Positions 28,901 to 35,853 of a DNA stretch of 35,853 nt are shown in pieces; within the stretch, counting starts at the first letter, position 1, and every line of letters starts with the position of its first letter. Source of the DNA: a virus (lineage: Duplodnaviria > Caudoviricetes). The stretch covers positions 1 through 35,853 of the IMG/VR virus record IMGVR_UViG_3300027798_000119. One strand, written 5' to 3'. The notes under the pieces were generated by a model. That model searched no databases and was not told the DNA's origin. It worked only from the letters and a program-made list of their open reading frames with translations. A program made the translations under genes and the position numbers.

Positions 28901-29516
28901 CAACTGTTTTAGAAAATGCGTACACAGGCAGTGCGCTTCCTACTCCATTAAATCTATATTGACTTGTTGGTGTGCCATATATTTCAGCTGAATCGCTGGG
29001 ATTTCCAAACTGCTGTGTTGACGGCATTGCGGCATTTACTACTTTGATAAACTGGTCGTACCAATTGGCATTGCTTGGATCATTCCAGGTAATATACTGA
29101 CCTGCTAAATTTCTTCCGTTGCTGTCAATAACACTTTCAGTAGTGCTGATGGTTGTGAATTTTAAAAGTCCAGTTCCAGCGGTGTTTCTACTGGCATTGT
29201 AACTGACCAATCGTGCCAGGCGTAATACGCTGTCGCGTCGTTCTGCCAGTTCTAAAAAGTTTTCACGAGCATTTAAATCAACGCGAAACGCAATGCTTTG
29301 ACCAATATAAGCAATTAAATCAATAAGTGCTAGATACTCTGAACTTTCAATATAATCATTAAAATCTTCTGGGAAATTTGTGCGGATATAGTCAATCATT
29401 GTCCGGCGCAAGTTATCAAAGTCATAGCTTTGAAAGTCTGCGTTTTTAAAAGATTGATAAACTTTCTTCCAATCTTCAGAAACTAACAGGTTGTTTTGTC
29501 TATCTGTTGAGCTCAT
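25977..29516 (-). CDS. gp6: Baseplate wedge subunit, T4 gp6-like (1179 aa)
   Basis: DFDNLRRTMIDY..DFNDY..SS...LIDLIAY..ENFLELAERRDSVLRLA, FSDGIFGNLP and ETNASIKANAPQTYYTQNRMITGEDY are gp6/Baseplate-J signatures. It follows gp25. Confidence 0.9.
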   Translation of the reverse strand: MSSTDRQNNLLVSEDWKKVYQSFKNADFQSYDFDNLRRTMIDYIRTNFPEDFNDYIESSEYLALIDLIAYIGQSIAFRVDLNARENFLELAERRDSVLRLARLVSYNASRNTAGTGLLKFTTISTTESVIDSNGRNLAGQYITWNDPSNANWYDQFIKVVNAAMPSTQQFGNPSDSAEIYGTPTSQYRFNGVGSALPVYAFSKTVAGRLMNFEITSTTFKNKTFIYEESPKVGNSPACVFKDDGYGSGSVGTGFFFNFTQGSLNQGTFVINQPSKNQSINVDTQNINNTDVWLYSLDQNGNESELWTRVPSTTGNNVIYNSLSSKIKNIYSVATRAGDSIALQFSDGIFGNLPVGNFRVYYRSSNNLTYTINPTDIRNVSVNIPYVSAQGKNETLSINLSLTSSSSNAAITETNASIKANAPQTYYTQNRMITGEDYNVSPLSASTQVAKVKAVNRTSSGISRYFDLTDPTGKYSSTNLFADDGVLYKENYSYSSNFTYLTQTDIEGIIYGDIYKILKTTDLRNFYYSNFINYLTVSLEIIWYNVTTDSNSSSGYIGASNNSTPYKVGSYSATDLRFLTPGSLVKFVVPDTATQYFDTLDNNIIKTGNINSKGAKSYVWVEIISVADDGTALGTGTLSTGLGPIVINQTFDTTNGVYPVIGQLIPKFTRTIDATTRATMVDLIFSNQPFGLRYDAGTQSWKIIFESNLNTSSAFTLGNQGDATNSQKDSSWLILFTTNNQYYTTTSRFLRYVFESDKQLNFYVDADTKIYDVVSSSVIKDEIKILNINTLPLDTKSFTTDLKWDIVAPYTGLDGYIDSKKIVVSFADVDNNGVVDNPQLFLDIVYPGSDTSATPTYIVLKKYLISQGQEDYKYVTNNSTTGPVIILATQSAIGSLTQYADGQYFYFKDTNIVKKLYLSTGELNPTLDYRVYIGRDNLRFQYVHSADYDSRIDPSASNIIDVYVLTSSYDTKFRQWLQGANIAKPLPPSSNELDSLLGPNLNLIKSVSDEIIYHSINYKLLFGSTAEASLQATFNVIKNVDSTVSNSDIVSRILTAIHQFFALDNWNFGDTFYFTELSTYVMSQLSPDVTNFVIVPKQENQYFGSLFEIQCPSDQIFLSSCTSDDIIIVSGFTSGNLKTVTGTALTSVTSSQNITSSSRGSSGGSSGGSSGGSSGGSYGY
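25993..26052. repeat. 12-nt tandem repeat (ccaccacttgag x4 plus one imperfect copy) encoding the SSGG tail of gp6
   Basis: Read directly: perfect units at 25993, 26005, 26017 and 26029, and an imperfect cctctacttgag at 26041. Confidence 0.95.
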
Positions 29517-29534
29517 AATATTTCCTAGTATCAG

Positions 29535-29542
29535 TATTTATT
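29535..29542 (-). promoter_or_regulatory. T4-type late promoter (AATAAATA)
   Basis: In the gap between gp25 and gp6, 18 nt upstream of the gp6 ATG, with an AGGA RBS-like sequence. Confidence 0.75.
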
Positions 29543-29566
29543 GATTAAAATTATATGCATACATTA

Positions 29567-30001
29567 TCATGTAGTGAGTAGTCCGTTGGCTTGATCAAAC
29601 TTCAACTGTAGGCTTTGTTGAATGTTGTAAGGCACATACTTCAATGTGCATTGTATTTGTAAACCTGTGTCGTACGGCGTTACCAACACATTTCCAGCTT
29701 GTATTCGGGGGTCGTGGTTGAGTATTTCATTAACATTTTGTACAATAAGACTTTTTAGTTGTTCAGTCAATGGCTCGAACAACAGGTCCCAGATAATAGT
29801 TCCAAAACGAGGTTGCATCAATCTTTCGCCTTGTCTTATGTGAAAATGATTCAGCAAATCTTGTTTAATTAATTCAAAGTCATAAAGCACAAAGTTTTCT
29901 GAAGTTGTGTTAACTGTGCTGAATCCTCTGTATTTCTGAGATGCGTTTTCAGTAACCAGTGGCTTTGCGGGTATTGTTGTTTTATTGTAGATTGTTGTCA
30001 T
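29567..30001 (-). CDS. gp25: Baseplate wedge subunit gp25 (GPW/gp25 family), 144 aa
   Basis: LIKQDLLNHFHIRQGERLMQPRFGTIIWDLLFEP...HDPRI signature. TAATG overlap with gp5. Confidence 0.93.
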   Translation of the reverse strand: MTTIYNKTTIPAKPLVTENASQKYRGFSTVNTTSENFVLYDFELIKQDLLNHFHIRQGERLMQPRFGTIIWDLLFEPLTEQLKSLIVQNVNEILNHDPRIQAGNVLVTPYDTGLQIQCTLKYVPYNIQQSLQLKFDQANGLLTT

Positions 30002-31803
30002 TATTGTTCCTCATCCTCAGGTGGGGCCTGACGATCAAATGTGTCTATTGGTGTAGAGTATGTTTTCCATAATTCCGGGGGCGTCAGCATGGTTTCAGTA
30101 AACTCACTTTGATCTGATGTTTGTTCCTCGTCAGTATCCTCATACCTGCCATCAATATCCCTGTCAGTTTCTGCTGACTTGACTTTGACTGGATCTATAT
30201 TTTCGTGATAAACATACGGTTCTGTAGTAACTACTCTACGCATGATGGTGGGAGGTAATTTTTCTTCATCGTACTCACCAGTTTCAATAGATAGTTTGTG
30301 TAGTTTTAAACGTTGTGGTAACACTGCTTCAACAGCTTCAACAGCTTCACTTGCTGTGGTTGCCGCTGGACCGTTAAAGTTTATGTTGCCGCCAGATATT
30401 GTAGTGTTGGCAGCGGCTATTTCCATATTGCCTCCAGAGGTTTGAAAATTATGACCTCCAATGTTCAAGTCAACATCGCCTCCTACTTTGTGCTGATATG
30501 CACCGTCAAACACTTTATCTACATCTTCTAATACATGCTGTAAGTAGTTTTGGTCGTATAGTTTGTTAACATCCTGTTTAACATGATGTGTATAATTTTG
30601 CTCATATGTTTTGTCAACATCCATTTTTACATGAATTTTTTGATTTTCATCTACAATTAAAATATGATCTTTAACCACATGGGTGTGCATTTCTTCGTGT
30701 ACTTTGACATTGAAATTGCGTTTTGCTTCTATATTGATATCTCTGCCAGAGTATAGATTCAAATCTTTGTCAGTTTTGATACTGATGCTGTCTTGTGCAA
30801 AAATATCAATTTTTCCATCGCTGGTTAATTCAATCCATGCAGTGCCTCTAGCATTAGTAATGTAGATCAAATCTTCAGTATTGTGAAATAATATTTGATG
30901 ACCAGTTCTTGTTCGCAAACGAATAAGTTCATTGTGTGGCAGGTCCGGTTGCCCGTCTGTTTCACCGTCTTCTAGGTTAGCATACTCTGGAGGACCTTCT
31001 GATGCTGTAGTTTTACGCAACCATTTGTCATCACCATCATCCATGACAAAAGTGGATCCGCCCAGTCGACTAACAAATGCGTTAGGAATCTTCCATTCAG
31101 ATTTTCCAATAGGAGCTTGCTTTGCCCCAGGGCGTCTGTCCACTGGTCCAGGAGTACTAATACCAAACACCATACTGGGAATTTCTCTACGAGCACTACT
31201 TGTAGTGATTCCCCTACTGTCATCAAACACCAACCCCTGTGCAATTAAAACATCAGCTAGTGGGTGTTTTGGCTTGTAAGCATTTGTAGGATTTACACTG
31301 ATTTGTCCAACATCTTCGCCAGACTTTTCTGCTTTTTTATTGTATTCTGCAACAGGAACTCTTCCAAAGTTTCCTGCATTATCTGTCTCAGGATCTTCAA
31401 CTACTTTTTGCGTTGCGGCAATGCCAGGAATCATAAAGTTTGCGGCTTCGTCCATAATACAACCAATCCAGTAGCCGTCTTTGGGATTTGAGTCAACAAA
31501 TATAACCATGACCCTAGTGCCAACATCAGGAGGTACCATCCACATGCCGTAACTTTTTTGTGTTTCGTTGTAGTCATCAGGGGCTATACCAACTGCGCTT
31601 TCTGGAGTAACTCCGTAAAAAGGACTCATGTATTTTACACGATGTAATGAACTTTCTGAAGGCGTATTTCCTGAACCAGTTCTTAATATTTCAACTTGTA
31701 ACTGACCCATGTAAGTTTTGTCTAAATGACTCACTACCCTAGCAATATACGGGCCAGGCGATGCTAATGCAGGTGCTGATGAAATTTGATTAGTATCGCT
31801 CAT
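30001..31803 (-). CDS. gp5: Baseplate central spike, gp5/VgrG-like (OB-fold plus beta-helix, no lysozyme domain), 600 aa
   Basis: OB-fold motifs ARVVSHLD..GQLQV and PPDVGTRVMVIF, then RTRTGHQILF..WIELTSDGKIDI and 8/16-residue beta-helix repeats. It lies between the hub and gp25. Confidence 0.88.
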   Translation of the reverse strand: MSDTNQISSAPALASPGPYIARVVSHLDKTYMGQLQVEILRTGSGNTPSESSLHRVKYMSPFYGVTPESAVGIAPDDYNETQKSYGMWMVPPDVGTRVMVIFVDSNPKDGYWIGCIMDEAANFMIPGIAATQKVVEDPETDNAGNFGRVPVAEYNKKAEKSGEDVGQISVNPTNAYKPKHPLADVLIAQGLVFDDSRGITTSSARREIPSMVFGISTPGPVDRRPGAKQAPIGKSEWKIPNAFVSRLGGSTFVMDDGDDKWLRKTTASEGPPEYANLEDGETDGQPDLPHNELIRLRTRTGHQILFHNTEDLIYITNARGTAWIELTSDGKIDIFAQDSISIKTDKDLNLYSGRDINIEAKRNFNVKVHEEMHTHVVKDHILIVDENQKIHVKMDVDKTYEQNYTHHVKQDVNKLYDQNYLQHVLEDVDKVFDGAYQHKVGGDVDLNIGGHNFQTSGGNMEIAAANTTISGGNINFNGPAATTASEAVEAVEAVLPQRLKLHKLSIETGEYDEEKLPPTIMRRVVTTEPYVYHENIDPVKVKSAETDRDIDGRYEDTDEEQTSDQSEFTETMLTPPELWKTYSTPIDTFDRQAPPEDEEQ

Positions 31804-34055
31804 TCGTATCCTCCAGATGTGTCGCTTGGGACTTTTTCTTCATTTTTTGTATTGAATAGTTGTCCTGGAGGATCATCAAATAATTTTTCTTGTTGTGGTC
31901 TTCTAAAACCTGTTAGTTGTTGTTTAAATACACCGCTTTTGAACTGACTGACAACTTCGTTAATGCAATACAATCCGCTATAAGCCAGCACAGGAGCTGA
32001 TTTGCTGCCGGCACCCATGGCATATAATCCAGTAGTTTGATTAATGTCTATCGGGGATCTAAAATTAATCATAATATCTACTTCTCCGTTTTGATGATTC
32101 ATAGTACCATCGCTATTGAGATTTTTATGCTCAGTTTCTTGTGCAGTAAAGTTTCCAGTTCCGCTTTGTTGAATAAAATAAGGATCGCCTATAATTTCTA
32201 AATTTAAATCATACAAGTCTGTGCTTGTTGTTAATGCATCTTGGAATAATTTAGCGGCACGCTGTTGTTGAGTTTCTTGGCCGCCGCCGCCAACTTTATC
32301 TGAACTGGTTGAAGTTCCTGTATATTTTACAATAGTAGGCATTGCACCTGGTTGTTTTGATGGTTTATTTCCGTCAGGCAACGGATTTACATTAGGTTCA
32401 GTTTCATTTACAGATGATGTTGCGCCACCTTGAACTTTGTCCGCAGTTCGTTGCAAAGAATCTGCGCCCATTATGACTGAAAATCCATTATTAATAGTAA
32501 TGTCAAATCGTAAAACGTCTACATTCTTACCAGTAAAAATATAATTATATTCTTTAACTGCTTGTTTTTTTAAATTATCATAACCTTGAACTTTTACGTT
32601 AGGAGGTGTTAGTCTACTTGCATGAACATTGTATGACACCACACGATAAACAATTAATTTTGGTTTGGTGCCTGTGCTTTCCATATTTTCGCTAGAAGAA
32701 ATATTGTATACCTGACAATCAATTCTCCACCAGCCCCTATATCCTTCTTCACTTAAATTTGCAGGGTCCAAGGCTTGTTCAGCGTAGTTGCTTAACAGCA
32801 ATACTTGATTAATGGCAGCTGGTATACTTGTATCTTGTGTGAAACGCATTTCACTTTCTTTAATATCAATACCTGCTTTGTTTCTGTTAAAGCGACCAGT
32901 TTTGTCATAAAGAACATTGTCTTTGCCAGTGGTAGGATCTCCTCTACGATCTACATCAAATCCTAAACTTGCTCTGCCTAGCGCATTACACGCATCAGCT
33001 TGTTGAATCAATGTTTGATTAAGTGTACTTCTAGAAACACCAAGAGACCCAAATAAATCGTTTAACTTGTCAGCTGACACGCTTGACGAAATAGTAGCAG
33101 TTGACGACTCTTCGTTGTTAGTTGAACCGCTTGCAGGAGTTGCCTGTGATGAAGTATCAACTGGAAATAATATCAAGTACTCGTCTGCTATTTTAATTGT
33201 ACCTGCGGTTACTAGTTCTTGAGACCTACGATTTAGTGCGGCTTGTAAACTGTTAGATCCGGTTTGTAGTATTTCTTGCACGGTTGTTCCGCTGGTTGCG
33301 ACGTCTTTCTTGAACAAAGAATTGACATCTAGAGTGGCCGCTTGATTGTATGGCATGGCTTCGCATGTATATACACTACCTGCTTCTGTAACTTTCATGC
33401 TGAGATTAGTAAATGCAAAAGGAATACGACGACTACAACCTTTAATAATGTCCATCTGGCCGTTTTCTTTATTGCCTCTAAAATCTATAGTTAGAATAAA
33501 CGGTGCTTCTCTCCAGTTGTCGTGTCCTAATTTTTGTGCAATTGTCTGACACGCAATGATAAACATTCCCATGCTGTACGGTTCTGTTACGGTAAATTGC
33601 ATATTAGTAACGTTTGTATTTCCTAATCCTGGTAAAAATCCTATTAGACTTTTCATTTCTAAATTGTCTATATAAAAATCAAACTTACCATAGATAGTGT
33701 CTACTCGATTGGAAGGGTCTATGTTGGCATTCTTAGCAATCAATGGAAACTTCTTGCCTGCTTGATATGTGGTATCTGGATGATTAAGTTCATAGTCCGT
33801 AAGACAACCAATGCCCAGCACATAGTCATAGCTGGCATAATTAAACAAGGGATTTTTTAAAGGCAATTTGAGACCAGTTGTTTTAAATGGAGCTGTGAGA
33901 GATCCAAATAATCCAGTGATACTGTCTCCTAATGATCCCAGCCCAAGAGCACCCAGGGCCGCTACAGGGCCTTTGGAAATAAATGACACTGCTGACTTTG
34001 CGGCATTAACCGCAGTAGTTGCAGAATTTATTGCACCACTAATATCAAAACTCAT
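31800..34055 (-). CDS. Baseplate hub protein (gp27/P2 gpD-like), 751 aa
   Basis: The C-terminal LEIIGDPYF...YSGLYCINEVVSQFKSGVFKQQL pattern is typical of hub proteins, and it has the canonical position between gp53 and gp5. Confidence 0.75.
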   Translation of the reverse strand: MSFDISGAINSATTAVNAAKSAVSFISKGPVAALGALGLGSLGDSITGLFGSLTAPFKTTGLKLPLKNPLFNYASYDYVLGIGCLTDYELNHPDTTYQAGKKFPLIAKNANIDPSNRVDTIYGKFDFYIDNLEMKSLIGFLPGLGNTNVTNMQFTVTEPYSMGMFIIACQTIAQKLGHDNWREAPFILTIDFRGNKENGQMDIIKGCSRRIPFAFTNLSMKVTEAGSVYTCEAMPYNQAATLDVNSLFKKDVATSGTTVQEILQTGSNSLQAALNRRSQELVTAGTIKIADEYLILFPVDTSSQATPASGSTNNEESSTATISSSVSADKLNDLFGSLGVSRSTLNQTLIQQADACNALGRASLGFDVDRRGDPTTGKDNVLYDKTGRFNRNKAGIDIKESEMRFTQDTSIPAAINQVLLLSNYAEQALDPANLSEEGYRGWWRIDCQVYNISSSENMESTGTKPKLIVYRVVSYNVHASRLTPPNVKVQGYDNLKKQAVKEYNYIFTGKNVDVLRFDITINNGFSVIMGADSLQRTADKVQGGATSSVNETEPNVNPLPDGNKPSKQPGAMPTIVKYTGTSTSSDKVGGGGQETQQQRAAKLFQDALTTSTDLYDLNLEIIGDPYFIQQSGTGNFTAQETEHKNLNSDGTMNHQNGEVDIMINFRSPIDINQTTGLYAMGAGSKSAPVLAYSGLYCINEVVSQFKSGVFKQQLTGFRRPQQEKLFDDPPGQLFNTKNEEKVPSDTSGGYE

Positions 34056-34056
34056 A

Positions 34057-34356
34057 TTATAATCCCAATACTGATTTTAAACCGCTACTCTTTGGAATAT
34101 AAATTTTTGTACCGGGTACAAAATCTAAAATAGGATCTTGTAACACATCTAAATTACGCTGAATAAAAACCCACCATAGTCCTGGTTCGCCATACAAGTC
34201 GTAGGCAAGTAAATCTGGACGGTACATATATTGTGATTGAATTGAATACAAAAAGTCGTCGGGCTCTGCACTAACTGGTCGAATAGTCAATGTGTCTAGA
34301 TAGTTGTTACGTGTTTGTGTTGTGAAGTAAGGACTTGTATTCAAATATGTTGCCAT
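34057..34356 (-). CDS. gp53: Baseplate wedge protein gp53-like (LysM-like), 99 aa from MATYLNT
   Basis: YRPDLLAYDLYGEPGLWWVF..GTKIYIP signature. Start moved to the ATG at 34356, 1 nt after the upstream stop. Confidence 0.85.
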   Translation of the reverse strand: MATYLNTSPYFTTQTRNNYLDTLTIRPVSAEPDDFLYSIQSQYMYRPDLLAYDLYGEPGLWWVFIQRNLDVLQDPILDFVPGTKIYIPKSSGLKSVLGL

Positions 34357-34357
34357 G

Positions 34358-35347
34358 TTAGACCCATCCAAAAGAATTATTAAGGTAGCCGCCGCCAACA
34401 AATCTATCTAAACTGAAGTTGCGTACAGAATTTCTACTGTAGATTGGTTGCAGTTTAATTACAAATTCACTTTTAGTTGGCACATGGCTAACTCCGCCGC
34501 TGGTTGTTCCGCCAATGCCAAATGTTCCTAACAATCCAGCCACCTGTCCAACACCACCTGCAATGTTACTTACCGCATCTGTGATACCAGATAACCCAGG
34601 AATGGCGCCACCCAAGGCACCTGCAAGGCCGCCGATGCCTTCTGCTACTCCCTCAATCGATCCTGCGGCACTGCCCACAACATTGACTCCAATGTAATCG
34701 CAATCTTTATTTAAAGTTGTTGAAAAACTTGTGACCACACAAGGAACATTTTTAAAAACATAGTTGCCGTATCCATTTAAGAAAATAATTGGCGGTGGGT
34801 TGCCTGCCTTAGGATCATTTCCTGTGAACATTTTGGTAAGACTACGTAAATAATGCACAGCGGCAATCCAGTACAATCCCTGTGTTGGATCTTCCACATT
34901 CATTGGAGCTGTGATACTGATCTCACCAGGATCACTATTTTGATAAGCTCTGAATGTGTAGTTTGAATGTGTAGTAGTTACTGGTTGATATGTGGCTTTG
35001 CTGGACATACTGATTGATGGAGTATACGGAAAAATTAAACCACCTGCATCTTTTAATGGCGCAAGAACTGGGCTTGTTCTAAAACTACTCCAGTTGGCAA
35101 GACTGAGTCTAACACGCCAGTCATTGGAGTTTGCGTCGCCGCCAAAGCTGGCAACTGCACTTAACAAATCACCCACTGCTTCGCCAGCGGTAGGCAAATC
35201 TATTGCTCGCAACGCACTTAGAACATCGCCATCTTCAAACCCTTTGCTTATGGCATCGCCTAATTTGCTTGCTGTGTTAATTGCACCACCCACTGCTCCA
35301 ATTGCATTTTGAGCGGCGCCTAAAGTTGATGCTAAGTCTAAAGCCAT
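34358..35347 (-). CDS. Baseplate tail-tube initiator/cap protein (gp48/gp54-like tube fold), 329 aa
   Basis: FPYTPSIS...LRSLTK..GNPPPIIFLNGYG..NVPCVVTSFS pattern of tube-initiator proteins. It lies upstream of gp53. Confidence 0.7.
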   Translation of the reverse strand: MALDLASTLGAAQNAIGAVGGAINTASKLGDAISKGFEDGDVLSALRAIDLPTAGEAVGDLLSAVASFGGDANSNDWRVRLSLANWSSFRTSPVLAPLKDAGGLIFPYTPSISMSSKATYQPVTTTHSNYTFRAYQNSDPGEISITAPMNVEDPTQGLYWIAAVHYLRSLTKMFTGNDPKAGNPPPIIFLNGYGNYVFKNVPCVVTSFSTTLNKDCDYIGVNVVGSAAGSIEGVAEGIGGLAGALGGAIPGLSGITDAVSNIAGGVGQVAGLLGTFGIGGTTSGGVSHVPTKSEFVIKLQPIYSRNSVRNFSLDRFVGGGYLNNSFGWV

Positions 35348-35371
35348 AAAATAGTTTTCCTTTTGATACTC

Positions 35372-35379
35372 TATTTATT
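35372..35379 (-). promoter_or_regulatory. T4-type late promoter for the baseplate operon, with an upstream ATAAACTAC at 35396-35404
   Basis: AATAAATA 24 nt upstream of the ATG at 35347, with an AAGGA RBS-like sequence. Confidence 0.78.
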
Positions 35380-35407
35380 TGACTTTAATAAGTGTGTAGT
35401 TTATAAT
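35379..35407 (+). promoter_or_regulatory. Sigma70-type promoter for the late sigma factor gene
   Basis: TTGACT (35379-35384), 17-nt spacer, TATAAT (35402-35407). GGAG RBS at 35417-35420 and ATG at 35429. Confidence 0.85.
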
Positions 35408-35428
35408 ATAACATCCGGAGAACGATTA

Positions 35429-35853
35429 ATGACATTAATACCAAGAGCACCCAAGGTTAATTACCTAAACAACAAGGATATGTTGTTAGAAATACACAGA
35501 AGCAAGACATCATATTGCAGTTTTATCAAAGCCGAATATCATCAATACGATTTAATTGTAACAAGTACTGATAAAATTAACATTCGGACCATTGCAGAAG
35601 CCAAGCGTAATCAAGCCAAACGGCAGGGAGATGCTGAATATCAGCGTAGAAAAGCCGCTGGAGAAAAAGTCAAACAAGCAGACTGCGAAATAGATTACAA
35701 AAAAATAACCAAAACTGACCTAGTGTTTAGGGTGATGTCATATGAGCATATTCCATTAAACGGCATTAGAAAAAAGAATCCAAAGACCCTAGCAGATCAC
35801 AGAGACAAAGTGAACTTTCCTCCGTTTCAGCATTGGAAATTCAACGAAGAAGG
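35429..35853 (+). CDS. gp55: Late-transcription sigma factor, T4 gp55-like, 5' part (runs off the right edge)
   Basis: Not in the ORF track. Open for 141 codons to the edge: MTLIPRAPKVNYLNNKDMLLEIHRSK..., resembling the T4 gp55 N-terminus (PKYNYVNNKELLQAI). The sigma region-2 core is not inside the window. Confidence 0.7.
   Translation, partial: MTLIPRAPKVNYLNNKDMLLEIHRSKTSYCSFIKAEYHQYDLIVTSTDKINIRTIAEAKRNQAKRQGDAEYQRRKAAGEKVKQADCEIDYKKITKTDLVFRVMSYEHIPLNGIRKKNPKTLADHRDKVNFPPFQHWKFNEE

Noticed and set aside
34357-34401. ORF-track start of the gp53-like gene at 34401
   Set aside because: It is a non-ATG start inside the upstream gene; the ATG at 34356 directly follows the upstream stop.
779-35312. 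Numerous short plus-strand and alternate-frame ORFs (60-115 aa)
   Set aside because: They lie within long minus-strand genes, lack recognisable motifs and are expected shadow ORFs of biased or repetitive coding sequence.
25977-35347. Bacterial contractile injection system (T6SS/eCIS/tailocin) instead of a phage
   Set aside because: T4-type late promoters, a gp55-like sigma factor, gp9/10-type fibres and the T4-like gene order indicate a lytic myophage.

Overview
The window is the baseplate and tail-fibre (late structural) module of a large AT-rich T4-like myovirus, probably a jumbo phage. Almost everything is on the minus strand, read right to left: gp48/54-like tube initiator, gp53, gp27-like hub, gp5 spike, gp25, gp6, a giant 5100-aa gp7-like wedge protein, a gp9/10-headed fibre ending in a blue-copper-like domain, a 202-aa structural protein, then four paralogous fibres (the last truncated at the left edge). 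A U32-family Cys-rich enzyme and an orphan gene are translationally coupled behind one fibre. At the right edge a gp55-like late sigma factor starts on the plus strand, from a sigma70-type promoter that overlaps the late promoter of the structural operon. The best candidates for novelty are the fibre + U32 + orphan cassette, the copper-site fibre tip and the overlapping divergent promoters. All product calls come from motif recognition by eye, without database searches.
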